Part shown: in pieces, positions 1-8,544 of the stretch
Layout of the letters: each line of letters begins with the position of its first letter
How positions within the stretch are numbered: the first letter of the stretch is position 1
Origin: Prasinococcaceae sp. CCMP 1430
Lineage: Eukaryota > Plantae > Prasinodermophyta
Reading direction: 5' to 3'
DNA: 20,076 nucleotides
NCBI GenBank assembly: GCA_013416795.1
Contig: RQSC01001371.1
Coordinates: 47,746-67,821, forward strand
Program-made: the position numbers and the translations under genes
The notes under the pieces: generated by a model
Seen by the model: the letters and a program-made list of their open reading frames with translations, nothing else
Told to the model about the DNA's origin: nothing
The model's database searches: none

Positions 1-501
1 GGCGGCGCGCTCGCGGGCGCCACGCGCGAGAGGTGGGGCGCCGCGGCGTACGCGCTGCTGGCCGCGCTCGGGTCGCTCGCCATGCGGCAGCACTGCGCGG
101 TCGCGATCGCGCAGGCGCGCCTCGACGCGGCGGTCTCGCAGGCGAGCTACGACAAGCTCATAGACGCCAACAAGGTACAGTGTACAGTCGTCGCGTCCGC
201 TCGCCGCCGCCGCTCGCGGCGGGCGTCCCGCCCCCCCTCTCCCGCGCGCGCTGACTCGCGCGCGCCGCAGGGGACGCTGCTCCACCTGCTGCACGCCGCG
301 CGCGAGCAGGACGTCAAGGAGACGCTGCTGTGCTACGCGGTGGTGTGCCGCGCGCGCGCGGCGGGCGAGGGCGCGCTCGGCGCGGCGGAGGTGCGCGCGC
401 GCGCCGAGGCCGCGCTCGAGGGCGACTTCGGGCTGCGCCACTCGGCGTTCGACGTCGAGGACGCCCTGGTCAAGTGCGAGGCAATCCTCGGGCGCGCGTG
501 A
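1..501 (+). CDS. 3' part of a DUF3754/TMEM143-like protein; exons <1-174 and 271-501, intron 175-270
   Basis: Intron AAG|GTACAG...CTGAC...GCAG (96 nt). Spliced product ...YDKLIDANK-GTLLHLLHAAREQDVKETLLCY...DFGLRHSAFDVEDALVKCE resembles the DUF3754 C-terminus (EQExKE..L.Y, FDVEDAL). Family assignment is from memory, not a search. Confidence 0.55.
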   Translation, partial: GGALAGATRERWGAAAYALLAALGSLAMRQHCAVAIAQARLDAAVSQASYDKLIDANKVQCTVVASARRRRSRRASRPPSPARADSRAPQGTLLHLLHAAREQDVKETLLCYAVVCRARAAGEGALGAAEVRARAEAALEGDFGLRHSAFDVEDALVKCEAILGRA

Positions 502-745
502 CCGACCGCGGCGTCCTGCTGTCTCGTTGTCGCCTATTTTAATCGTAGAAATACACACTGCTGCCGCCGCGCCACGCTCGCGTCGGGCGGGAGCGTCTGA
601 GACCGTCCTGGCGGTGGTCTTGGGGGGGGTGGGGGGAGATGTTTTTCTCGGCGCCGCGTCGCGCCCCCTCCTCGTCCGTCCGCGCCCGCCCGCCCGCGAG
701 CGCGACTCGCCGCTCGCGCGGCGCGCCGAGAAAAAAACGCGCCTC

Positions 746-2284
746 CTACTTGGCGAGCCCCCAGATGCCCTTCATCGCGAAGAGGTCGTCGTCCAGCTCG
801 CGCATGACCTTCTTCTGGCCCTCGAGCAGCGGCTTGACGGAGTCGCGCTGGTCGCCCATGGTGGTGATGTACATGAGGATGAGGTCGATCGAGCTGAGCA
901 TGGCGATCTGGCCCACGATGCGCCCGGGGTGGGGGATCTTCAGCTTGCGCACCTGCTCCCAGAAGAAGAGCGCGCCGGGGATGTACTGGTAGAAGAAGTA
1001 GGGGTCCGAGCCCAGGTAGCGGCGGTAGGTCGAGGTCATGAGGGACGCCGAGGCGGCGAAGCCCGTGATCGCCGCCGCGCGCGGGATGCGGCGCGCCTGG
1101 TACCAGCCCAGCGCGCGCTCCACGCCGTCGGGGCCCACCTTGGCGAGCTCGTCCGCCAGCGCCGCGGCGTCCTCGATCGCCTGGCAGCCGCCCTGGCCCA
1201 TGTTGGGCTGCATGGCGTGCGCCGCGTCGCCGAGCAGCGCCACCCGCCCCTTGCACCACTGCAGCGTGGGCGGCCTGTCGTAGATGTCGCGGCGCTCCAC
1301 CTCCTCGCTCACCACCGCCTCCAGCCGCTCCCTGACCGCCGGGCACCAGTCCGCGAACGCCTCGAGCAGCGCCGCCTTGCGGTCGGCGCCCTCGTCGTCC
1401 ATGCCGGCGTCCTGCTTCACGAAGGCGTACCACTGCTGCTGCCCGCCGCCCACGTCCGACGACACGAAGTACTGGCCCGCCCCCAGGAACACCATGTAGC
1501 CCACCGTGTCGACGTCCGCGGGGGTCATCCGCGAGATGGCGGCGTAGCACGTGTAGCCCGAGTAGGTGGGCGCGTCGGGCGCGTCGCCCACCATCTTGTC
1601 GAGGTTCTTCTCGAGCGGGGGCGCGTCCATCATCTGCGAGCGGCAGCGGCTGCGGATGCCGTCGGCGGCGACCAGCACGTCGCACTCGTCGGTGGCGCCG
1701 TCGGAGAGGTGCACGCGCACGCGGCCGCCCGGCAGCTCCTCGTACCGCATGACCTCCACGCCCTGGCGCAGCGCGCCGGGGGCGACGCGCGCCGTCATCT
1801 TCTCGATGACGTCGTAGCGGTTCATCACCACGGTCAGCGGCAGGCCGCTCTCCAGCGCGGGCTTGCGGCAGTCGAAGCGCACGAACCAGTCGCCGTCCTT
1901 GCCGTCGAGGAGGCCGTTGAGGCGGTCGCCGGTCACCGTGCCGTCGCCGACGATCGCCGCGGCGGCCGACGGGTCGCAGATGTCCAGCGCGGCCATCGCG
2001 TTGCCCGCCATCTGGATGGGGCCGCCCCAGGGCTTGTACTCGCGCACGCGCTCGTAGCACGTCACGTCGAGGTTCTTCGTCTGGCACGCGAGCGTGGTCG
2101 CCAGCCCGGCGATGCCGCCGCCGGCGACGATGACCTTGGGCGTGGAGGTTGTGGCGGCCGAGGCCTGCATGCGCGCGGCCGAGGCGCGGCGGGGGGCGAG
2201 GCGGCGGGCCGTCGACGAGCTCCGGGAGGAGGCGGCCGTCGGGGAAGAGGACAAGGCGGCGGGGCGCGCGCGCTCCATCATCAT
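746..2284 (-). CDS. ZEP: Zeaxanthin epoxidase-like FAD monooxygenase, intronless, with N-terminal plastid transit-like peptide and no FHA domain
   Basis: First ATG of MMMERARP at 2284. Ser/Ala/Arg-rich leader, then VIVAGGGIAGL (GxGxxG), GGPIQ, GDRLNGLLDG, LVAADGIRS, YSGYTCY, LLGDAAHAMQPNMGQGGCQAIED, all typical of ZEP/ABA1. 512 aa. Confidence 0.85.
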   Translation of the reverse strand: MMMERARPAALSSSPTAASSRSSSTARRLAPRRASAARMQASAATTSTPKVIVAGGGIAGLATTLACQTKNLDVTCYERVREYKPWGGPIQMAGNAMAALDICDPSAAAAIVGDGTVTGDRLNGLLDGKDGDWFVRFDCRKPALESGLPLTVVMNRYDVIEKMTARVAPGALRQGVEVMRYEELPGGRVRVHLSDGATDECDVLVAADGIRSRCRSQMMDAPPLEKNLDKMVGDAPDAPTYSGYTCYAAISRMTPADVDTVGYMVFLGAGQYFVSSDVGGGQQQWYAFVKQDAGMDDEGADRKAALLEAFADWCPAVRERLEAVVSEEVERRDIYDRPPTLQWCKGRVALLGDAAHAMQPNMGQGGCQAIEDAAALADELAKVGPDGVERALGWYQARRIPRAAAITGFAASASLMTSTYRRYLGSDPYFFYQYIPGALFFWEQVRKLKIPHPGRIVGQIAMLSSIDLILMYITTMGDQRDSVKPLLEGQKKVMRELDDDLFAMKGIWGLAK

Positions 2285-2773
2285 GGCGTTGTTTGTCGTC
2301 TTTCTTCCGACGACCGAGGAGGGGGACGGGCGGAGCGCGCCGTGCGCCCTCTCGCCGCGCGCGCTGTGGCGGGCGAGAGGGCGGCGCGGNGACCCGCCCG
2401 CCACGAGCTAATGACGCTGTCCTGTAATAATAAGCGCGCCCCGGCGACGCCTGTGCGAGCACCCGCGCGGGCTCGCGCGCCCCTCAGGCCTGCGCACCGA
2501 CGACGGGGCTCCGTCGCATGCGCGCATGCAGTCGCGATGATCTCATACATGTTCGTATTACGCGCCCTCCGCAAGCGCAAGGGCGTAGCAGTAGTAGTGT
2601 GGTAACGCGAGTGCGGGGGTTGCTCTGCACGCGCTGCGCTGCTGCGTGACGGCGGGCTGGAGAGGCGCGCGTGGTTGCGGTTTCGTTTTGATTTTTTGGG
2701 GAGAGCCGGTGTGTGCTTGGTAGGGTTCGTGGAAAGGGCGTCGGATCCGGGCGCGAGGACGTGCGCATGTGAT

Positions 2774-2836
2774 TTGATATGCGTGTTTTGGAAGGCTCCT
2801 CGCGGTGAGCTTTTCGGGCGTTTCGCATATGATTGA
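2774..2836 (+). repeat. 63-bp hairpin element, copy 1 (partner 5236-5298)
   Basis: 57/63 identical to 5236-5298 with an identical 30-nt core GAAGGCTCCTCGCGGTGAGCTTTTCGGGCG. GAAGGCTC pairs with GAGCTTTT(C) using G-U pairs on the + strand. Both copies have TGAT at the 5' end and TGATTGA at the 3' end. Confidence 0.8.
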
Positions 2837-3299
2837 TCGCCTTTCGGCCCACACCGCGTCGGGGCCAAGTGAGTCGATTCCTACGGCCGTCCATTCGAAC
2901 ACGTCGAAGAGCGCGCTGTCGCCCGGCGCACCGCCGGCGCCCGCCATGACGGGGGATGATGCAAAAATCTGCACGGACACTGGCAGGGACTGATCTCGGA
3001 TCGGATGGGACAAACCCATAAAATGATTGATATGGCGGGCACGACGCTTATCTTTGCTGTCCGGGGCCGTCTTGTGGCCGTTGTCGCTTTACGAGTTGCA
3101 CGACTGCACGACTCTGTACCGGCACGGCGCGGTCGCCAACCAACGCTTCATGCGCACGCTCGAACGAGGCCGCTGGCTTGGCCAAGGAGTTGTCCGCAAC
3201 TTGGTAGTGAAAGCGGCGGGGCAAGCCGGACAAGAAGCAGTAGTTCATGGAGGGAGTCTGCGCGCACGTGAAGAGGTCGGGCGTTCCGCGAGTCACCAC

Positions 3300-3639
3300 T
3301 TGCGTCGTCACCTCCGCGGCGCCGACATCTTACGCATGCTTGATTGCCACCATGATTTTTGGAGGTTAACTGATCACGAGCGCCGGCGCTAGACCGGCGC
3401 CGCCGCGCACTCTCCGCCCAGTAGCCTCATCACAGTAATGTAATCTCCAGATTTGGCCTGGACGCGACATTCTCTCTCCATAGCTCAGTTGGCCAGACTT
3501 GTCGGCAGACCCGTTTCGACATAGAGCGGATCCGGCAATCTTACAAAAGATTGCTCAGCTCACAGGATTGTAGTTTGATCTGAATTTCCTTAGGCCCTCG
3601 GTTCGAATTCAATTTCGAAAATCCGGGTGGGGAGAGTTG
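3300..3639 (+). repeat. 340-bp direct duplication, copy 1, containing tRNA-Tyr (partner 5697-6036)
   Basis: Constant offset of 2397. Identical except two substitutions (3324/5721, 3374/5771) and the 55-bp block 3375-3429. Confidence 0.95.
3474..3635 (+). tRNA. tRNA-Tyr(GUA) with four introns: 3494-3522 (20/21), 3530-3563 (27/28), 3574-3585 (37/38), 3608-3621 (59/60)
   Basis: Removing the 29+34+12+14 nt gives a 73-nt cloverleaf: CTCTCCA TA GCTC AGTTGGCA GAGC G GAGGA TTGTAGT TCCTT AGGCC CTCGG TTCGAAT CCGGG TGGGGAG A. All four stems pair (WC or G-U), anticodon GTA, C1-G72 and A73 as expected for eukaryotic Tyr identity. Confidence 0.9.
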
Positions 3640-4108
3640 TTTAAGTAAAAAACGACGTCTTAACTCTACGTAAGACTGGTTCTGCGCTCTTAAATACGGA
3701 GTTGAAAAGCACCACCGAGCATGTCACCACCCATTCATTTTCTTCCGCTGTATGCGCCCACCACCCTTTCCCCCTTTTTCTCCCCTTTTTCTCCTTTTTT
3801 GGCCAACCCACGCACATCCAGCGCACACCAGGTGGTGAAAGGAAAGGCGCTGGTGCGCCATCGCAGTGCAGCGCGTGCGCGCGCGCGCCCCCTCATGGCT
3901 CGTGCTGCGCGCCGCCCCCCCCCCGGGTGGGCGGCGGCGCTGAACTCGGCAGCCGAGGCGAGAGCGCGCCGCGGCGGCGCGCACCCTTACAAGTCACCCT
4001 CGCACTCCAATCCCCCCTCACCCATCGCAACACACCCCCCACGTCCCGCGCAGCCAGCCAGCCAGCAAGCGACGTACGCGGAGCGAGTTCACAGATTTGT
4101 TACGCGCG

Positions 4109-4139
<31 letters not shown>

Positions 4140-4214
4140 GGGGGGGGGGGGGGGGGGTTGCATCCGCCGCTCCTCCTCCGCTCCTCCATCCCACCCGTCC
4201 TCGGCAGGCCATCG

Positions 4215-4767
4215 TCACCGGACCTTCTTCTTCGCCTCGCCGTTCACCCGCCCGTTCGGCGCTCCCCTCCGCCCCTTCCCCTCCTTCCTCCTCCCCTTCT
4301 CCTTCCCCCCTTTGTCCTCGATGGTGAAGAACCGCACCCCCAGCGCGTCCGCAATCCTGCTGGCGGTGTTCCACGTGCGCCGCGCGTACATGGCCACCGA
4401 CAGCGCGCACATGGCCTCGTGCACGCGCGTGACCGCCACCGCCCCGTACCCCGCCGCGCCCAGCGCGGCGGGGGCGGCCGCGAACGCCGCCAGCATGAGC
4501 AGCGCCCAGTGCAGCGACGGGTACGGGATGTACCCCACGCGCGTGACCATCAGCCGGTTGAGCACGTCGCCGAAGGTCACGTGCGCCAGCACGTACAGCG
4601 CGATGAGCGAGTTGCGCGCGAGTCCCACCTCGCGCGCGGGCTCGACCGCGCCCCCGAACGCGCCCCCCATCGCGCGCCGCAGCGCCGCGCCCACCCCGCC
4701 CAGGCCGCCGCCGGACGGGGCGCGTGTGCCGCGCGCGGGCGCGCGCGTGCGGCGCCGGCGACGACGC
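4215..4767 (-). CDS. C-terminal exon of a choline/ethanolamine phosphotransferase (AAPT/CEPT family); orphan in this orientation
   Basis: Acceptor CAGCCAG|G at 4769/4768. Hydrophobic helices; VTFGDVLNRLMVTRV and RIADALGVRFFTI resemble the AAPT C-terminal motifs (FGFLVGRMILAHL; ITEALGIYCFRI). TGA at 4217-4215. Confidence 0.7.
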
Positions 4768-5235
4768 CTGGCTGTGATCGATCGACGGATCGATCGGAAA
4801 GTCGATCGATCCGTGATGATGATGGTGATGGGTCGGTGGATCGAGATCGATACGGAGTGGTGTGCAGCTCAACCGACCGGCCGCCCAATTTGCGCGGCGC
4901 GCGGCGGGCCGCTGTTGGTGGGTGGTCTGTCAGGCCTCGGTCAGATCCGGGATCTGCCGACCGAAGTGCCGAACCGAATGAACAAAAGTCACGCCGGCCT
5001 GCCTGGCATGGATGGACGTCCGTCCGTGCTTGCGCGCGCGCGCAGATTTTTCGCCGCGCAGCGGGAGGACGGGCGGCCGGCGCGGCGCCACACGCGCGGC
5101 GGGCGCGCGCGCCGGCCGAGGAGGTTTGGGCCGAGACCTCGGCCCGCACCGACGCGATCATTTGTCGCTGCTGCGACATTTCCATTTCCTCAAACTGCGT
5201 ATCAAATCGCAGGCGCCATGTCGTGTGGATGTTTT

Positions 5236-5298
5236 TTGATACGCGTGTTTTCGAAGGCTCCTCGCGGTGAGCTTTTCGGGCGGTTCGGAATTGATTGA
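5236..5298 (+). repeat. 63-bp hairpin element, copy 2
   Basis: Matches 2774-2836 at 57/63 positions. Confidence 0.8.
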
Positions 5299-5696
5299 AT
5301 GCTGCGGGGTCGGCGCGCGGCATCCGCGCGCGCCTTGATTTCGCGGATCCGGTAACTGGTGGGGACGTCCAGCACCTTTTCCACTCCCGCTTGGAGCGGC
5401 GGGCGGGGCGCCTCCTCCTGGGTCATTTTGCCGCTCTCCTACGCTTGCTGTCCCTTGCCTTCCATCTCCTCGATGCCTTTCGTTGCTTTGCAGACCTCGT
5501 CCATCATGTCACCGTCGTATTTCAGGTCCGCATTCAGCCGGCGTTCGTCGTACCGCCTCGCCAAGCGCGGAGAGCTTGCTCCGTGCGTTGTTGACCATCT
5601 TGTTGAGGGCGCCGATGCCACGGCTTAAGGCTTTGCGATTGGTGTGGAGCGCCTTGTCCGTCGCACGCCATGTCTTCAACTTGTTGTACACCTCCG

Positions 5697-6036
5697 TTGC
5701 GTCGTCACCTCCGCGGCGCCAACATCTTACGCATGCTTGATTGCCACCATGATTTTTGGAGGTTAACTGACGTGCTCGCGGCCGCGATCTGGCCGCGGCG
5801 GCGCGTGAGAGGCGGGTCATCGGAGTTCACAGTAATGTAATCTCCAGATTTGGCCTGGACGCGACATTCTCTCTCCATAGCTCAGTTGGCCAGACTTGTC
5901 GGCAGACCCGTTTCGACATAGAGCGGATCCGGCAATCTTACAAAAGATTGCTCAGCTCACAGGATTGTAGTTTGATCTGAATTTCCTTAGGCCCTCGGTT
6001 CGAATTCAATTTCGAAAATCCGGGTGGGGAGAGTTG
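5697..6036 (+). repeat. 340-bp direct duplication, copy 2, containing tRNA-Tyr
   Basis: Aligned by eye to 3300-3639 without gaps. Confidence 0.95.
5871..6032 (+). tRNA. tRNA-Tyr(GUA) with four introns, identical second copy (introns 5891-5919, 5927-5960, 5971-5982, 6005-6018)
   Basis: All 162 nt are identical to 3474-3635. Confidence 0.9.
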
Positions 6037-6043
6037 AAATTCA

Positions 6044-6049
6044 TTTTTT
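6044..6049 (+). terminator. Pol III oligo(dT) terminator of tRNA-Tyr copy 2
   Basis: T6 run starting 12 nt after A73. Confidence 0.65.
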
Positions 6050-6394
6050 GCTGCAGAATTGAGATGCATTCTGACCAAGACGCGAGAATTTACGTAATAG
6101 GTGCACCAGACTTGATCGGTATTTTACGGGATTTGAATTAAGTGCGTTCCAGAGAATGAGTCGAACCCACGCCCGGCTCTCCCGTGGGCAGGTCGCGCCC
6201 TTCTGTGCGCACCCCGCCGGAGTTAGGGTGCAGGATCTCGATGGCAGGGAGCACGGGTTTGCGGCAGGCGACGAACCCTCTTGCGGCGGGAACAGAAAAA
6301 TATACCCTTACTCGCGCCCGCCTGGCCGCACCCTCACTCGGCCGACCCCGCCGCCTCCCCCCCGGCCCAGCCCACACACACACAGCAGCCCGCT

Positions 6395-8027
6395 CTACGC
6401 CTCCTGCACGAAGGCCTTCTCGCCCTTCGCCTCGACGTACTCGGACTCCTTGGCGGCCTTCTTGGCGAACTTGGCCTCGAAGGCCTGCCGGTTGGCGACG
6501 ATGCGCGCGATGAGCGAGGTGAGCGTGAAGGGGCGCATCGCCCTCTCGGTCGCCGACAGCCCCTCGCCCTTGACCACCGCGCGCACGTTGATGTGCGCCG
6601 CCGAGTCCCCCCCCAGCCTGTGGCCGCTCATGTTTCTGTAGATCATCTTGTTGACCTGCTGGATGCCGTTGGCGACGTTGCCCGCGAAGGCGCCCAGGTT
6701 CTCCATGCTCTTGGACTTCGCGCGGCCCCGCGGGGGCCACCTCCGTCCCCTCCCCCCATCCTTGGCCTTGGCCTCCGCCTCCGCCCGCGCCGCGAGCGCG
6801 GTCGCCTCCGCCTCCGCCTCCCACGTGCTGCTCCGGTCCTGCAGCATGCCCATCTCGCGCGGCACGGCGTACGCCACGCGGTCCGACTCCTCGTCCAGCT
6901 CGTCCAGGTCGTCGCGCAGCACGAGGCTGATGTTGAAGGTGTTTATCAGGTCGGTGGTCATCACGCGCGGCGCGCCGATGACCACCTCGTCCACGTGGCA
7001 GCACGCGAGCACCGACAGCGCGCGCTCGTGCACGTTGAGGATGGGGAAGTGCGGCCCGCGCTCCGCCATCACCACCTCGTCGGGCCAGACGCCCACCAGC
7101 AGGAAGTCGCCGCGCGCCTTCGCCTCGCGGAGCAGCGTGATGTGGCCCGGGTGGAAGACGTCGAACGAGCCGTCCACGTAGACCACGCGCGAGTTGGGCC
7201 TGATCTTCTTGGACGAGGAGAACTGCACGATGCGGCGCGAGGTGGGCATGAAGCTCGACGCGCGCCCCTCCACCTTCTCGTCCTGCGTGAACTCGCGCTG
7301 CAGCGGCGACAGCTCGCCCATCTCGGCGTCGAGCGAGGCCTTCCGGAGGGACGGCTTGCGCTTGGTGCACATGAGCATGCGGCCCACGATGTCGGTGGTG
7401 GACACGCCCTCCGTGCGCTTGATCTCCTTGTACTTGCCGCGGCGCTTGGCGTTGGCGTAGGCGTCCTTGCCGTCGGCGGTGTAGCAGGGGTCGTCGCCGT
7501 GCACGATGTAGTCGATGCGGTGCTCGGTGAACAGGTGGTTCATCAGGTCGTCGGTGACGTCGTACGGCACGCCCATGATCACCTCGTCCACCCACTTGAC
7601 CGCCTCCACCGCCATGCGCCTCTCCCCCTCGTTGAACACCGGCGGGCCCTTGTGCACCTTGATCTCCTCGTCGGGCACCAGGCCGATGATGAGCTCGTCG
7701 CCGAGCGTCGCCGCCTGGCGCAGCGCGTTGGCGTGGCCGTAGTGCATCATGTCGAAGCAGCCGTCCATGTACACGCGGATCTTGTTTGTTTGTGTGGGTG
7801 GGCAGGTGTGTGGGTGGGCGAGAGGGCGATGAAGGGTGCGAGCGTGCAAGAGGAATCCGATCGAGCGGGCGCAGTCAGTTGGTTGGGCGAGGGCAACTCG
7901 TTGGGCGGGCGCAGCGGCGGGGGCGCGGCGGCTCCAGTGCGGCTCCGCGCGCCGATCGGCGCAGCGCCACCGCGAGCGCGGGCGCGAGCGCGGGCGGAGG
8001 CAGCACCACCACCGCCGCGAGCACCGC
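6395..8027 (-). CDS. PECT1: Ethanolamine-phosphate cytidylyltransferase, 5'-incomplete; main exon 7780-6395, putative upstream exon 8027-7971
   Basis: IRVYMDGCFDMMHYGHANALRQA, RTEGVSTTDIVGRML, and a second domain VYVDGSFDVFHPGH: two HxGH cytidylyltransferase domains. Acceptor after a CA-rich tract (AACAAG|ATC). The upstream exon AVLAAVVVLPPPALAPALA is phase-compatible but tentative. The first exon is lost at N8126. Confidence 0.9.
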
Positions 8028-8095
8028 CTGGCGACGAACGCGCCGTGTGTGCGCGTGTGAACGGCCGGCCTGTCAGCGCCGCGAGAGTGCCATCG

Positions 8096-8125
8096 CGTGT
8101 GTATGTGTGTGTGTGTGTGTGTGTG
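8096..8125. repeat. (GT)n microsatellite ending at assembly N
   Basis: Near-perfect GT run directly before N8126. Confidence 0.8.
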
Positions 8126-8127
8126 NG

Positions 8128-8544
8128 GGCACGGTGCCGTTTGGCATGGGCATCTCGGCGCTGGCCGCGCGCGTCATGTCTGGAGGGAGCGGCGCAGGCA
8201 CGCTGTACGTGTGGGGGGAAGGCATGGGAGTGGGATCGCTGACCCAGGTTGGCGTCGGTGCCGCCGAAGCTACGGGCGACGGGGACACTGGACTCTCGTG
8301 CGCGGCCTCGGCGGACACAAACGCGGAAGATGCGCTTTCGCCTGCGCTCGTGTTGGGCGCATTCGACCTTGACGTGTACGCTATTTCGTGCGGCAACAAG
8401 CACATGGCCGCTCTGTCGAACAACGGAGCAGTGTACACGTGGGGCGCAGCTGGTCAGGGTGCGCTGGGCCACGGCGAGCGCGCGATTCGGGCCCAACCAA
8501 ATCCCGGCCGGCCGAAGCGCATTCGTTTGCGCGCATGGGCGTAA
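8128..8544 (+). CDS. Fragment of an RCC1-repeat protein
   Basis: GTLYVWGEG and VYAISCGNKHMAALSNNGAVYTWGAAGQGALGHG match the RCC1 consensus (ixCGxxHxxaLxxxGxVYxWGxxxxGxLG). 5' end cut at N8126; 3' end uncertain (GTAAG may be a donor). Confidence 0.7.
   Translation, partial: GTVPFGMGISALAARVMSGGSGAGTLYVWGEGMGVGSLTQVGVGAAEATGDGDTGLSCAASADTNAEDALSPALVLGAFDLDVYAISCGNKHMAALSNNGAVYTWGAAGQGALGHGERAIRAQPNPGRPKRIRLRAWA

Noticed and set aside
527-2605. Long antisense ORFs (527-2605, 6281-8242, 17054-19459, 7747-10020 and similar)
   Set aside because: Shadow frames of GC-rich real genes; low-complexity Arg/Ala/Gly text without domains.
2774-2836. Hairpin with TGAT...AA...TGAT as a SECIS element
   Set aside because: Spacing is too long (14 nt to AA, about 37 nt to GA), the outer helix is not kept in copy 2, and no selenoprotein ORF lies upstream.
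3325-3373. Sm-site-like GATTTTTGG and CTGA as an snRNA or box C/D snoRNA
   Set aside because: No U1/U2/U4/U5 hallmark sequences and no canonical box C at a suitable distance.
2837-3392. ORFs 3027-3392 (+), 2558-3019 (-) and 5509-5820 (-) as genes or transposase remnants
   Set aside because: No recognisable motifs, and the frames are not conserved between the two cassette copies.
4109-4157. C29 followed by G20, a perfect potential hairpin or G-quadruplex
   Set aside because: Abutting long homopolymers are a common sequencing or contig-join artefact, and nothing else supports a function.
4776-4850. GATC-rich palindromic cluster
   Set aside because: Simple (GATC)n-type low-complexity intron sequence next to the acceptor; no further structure.
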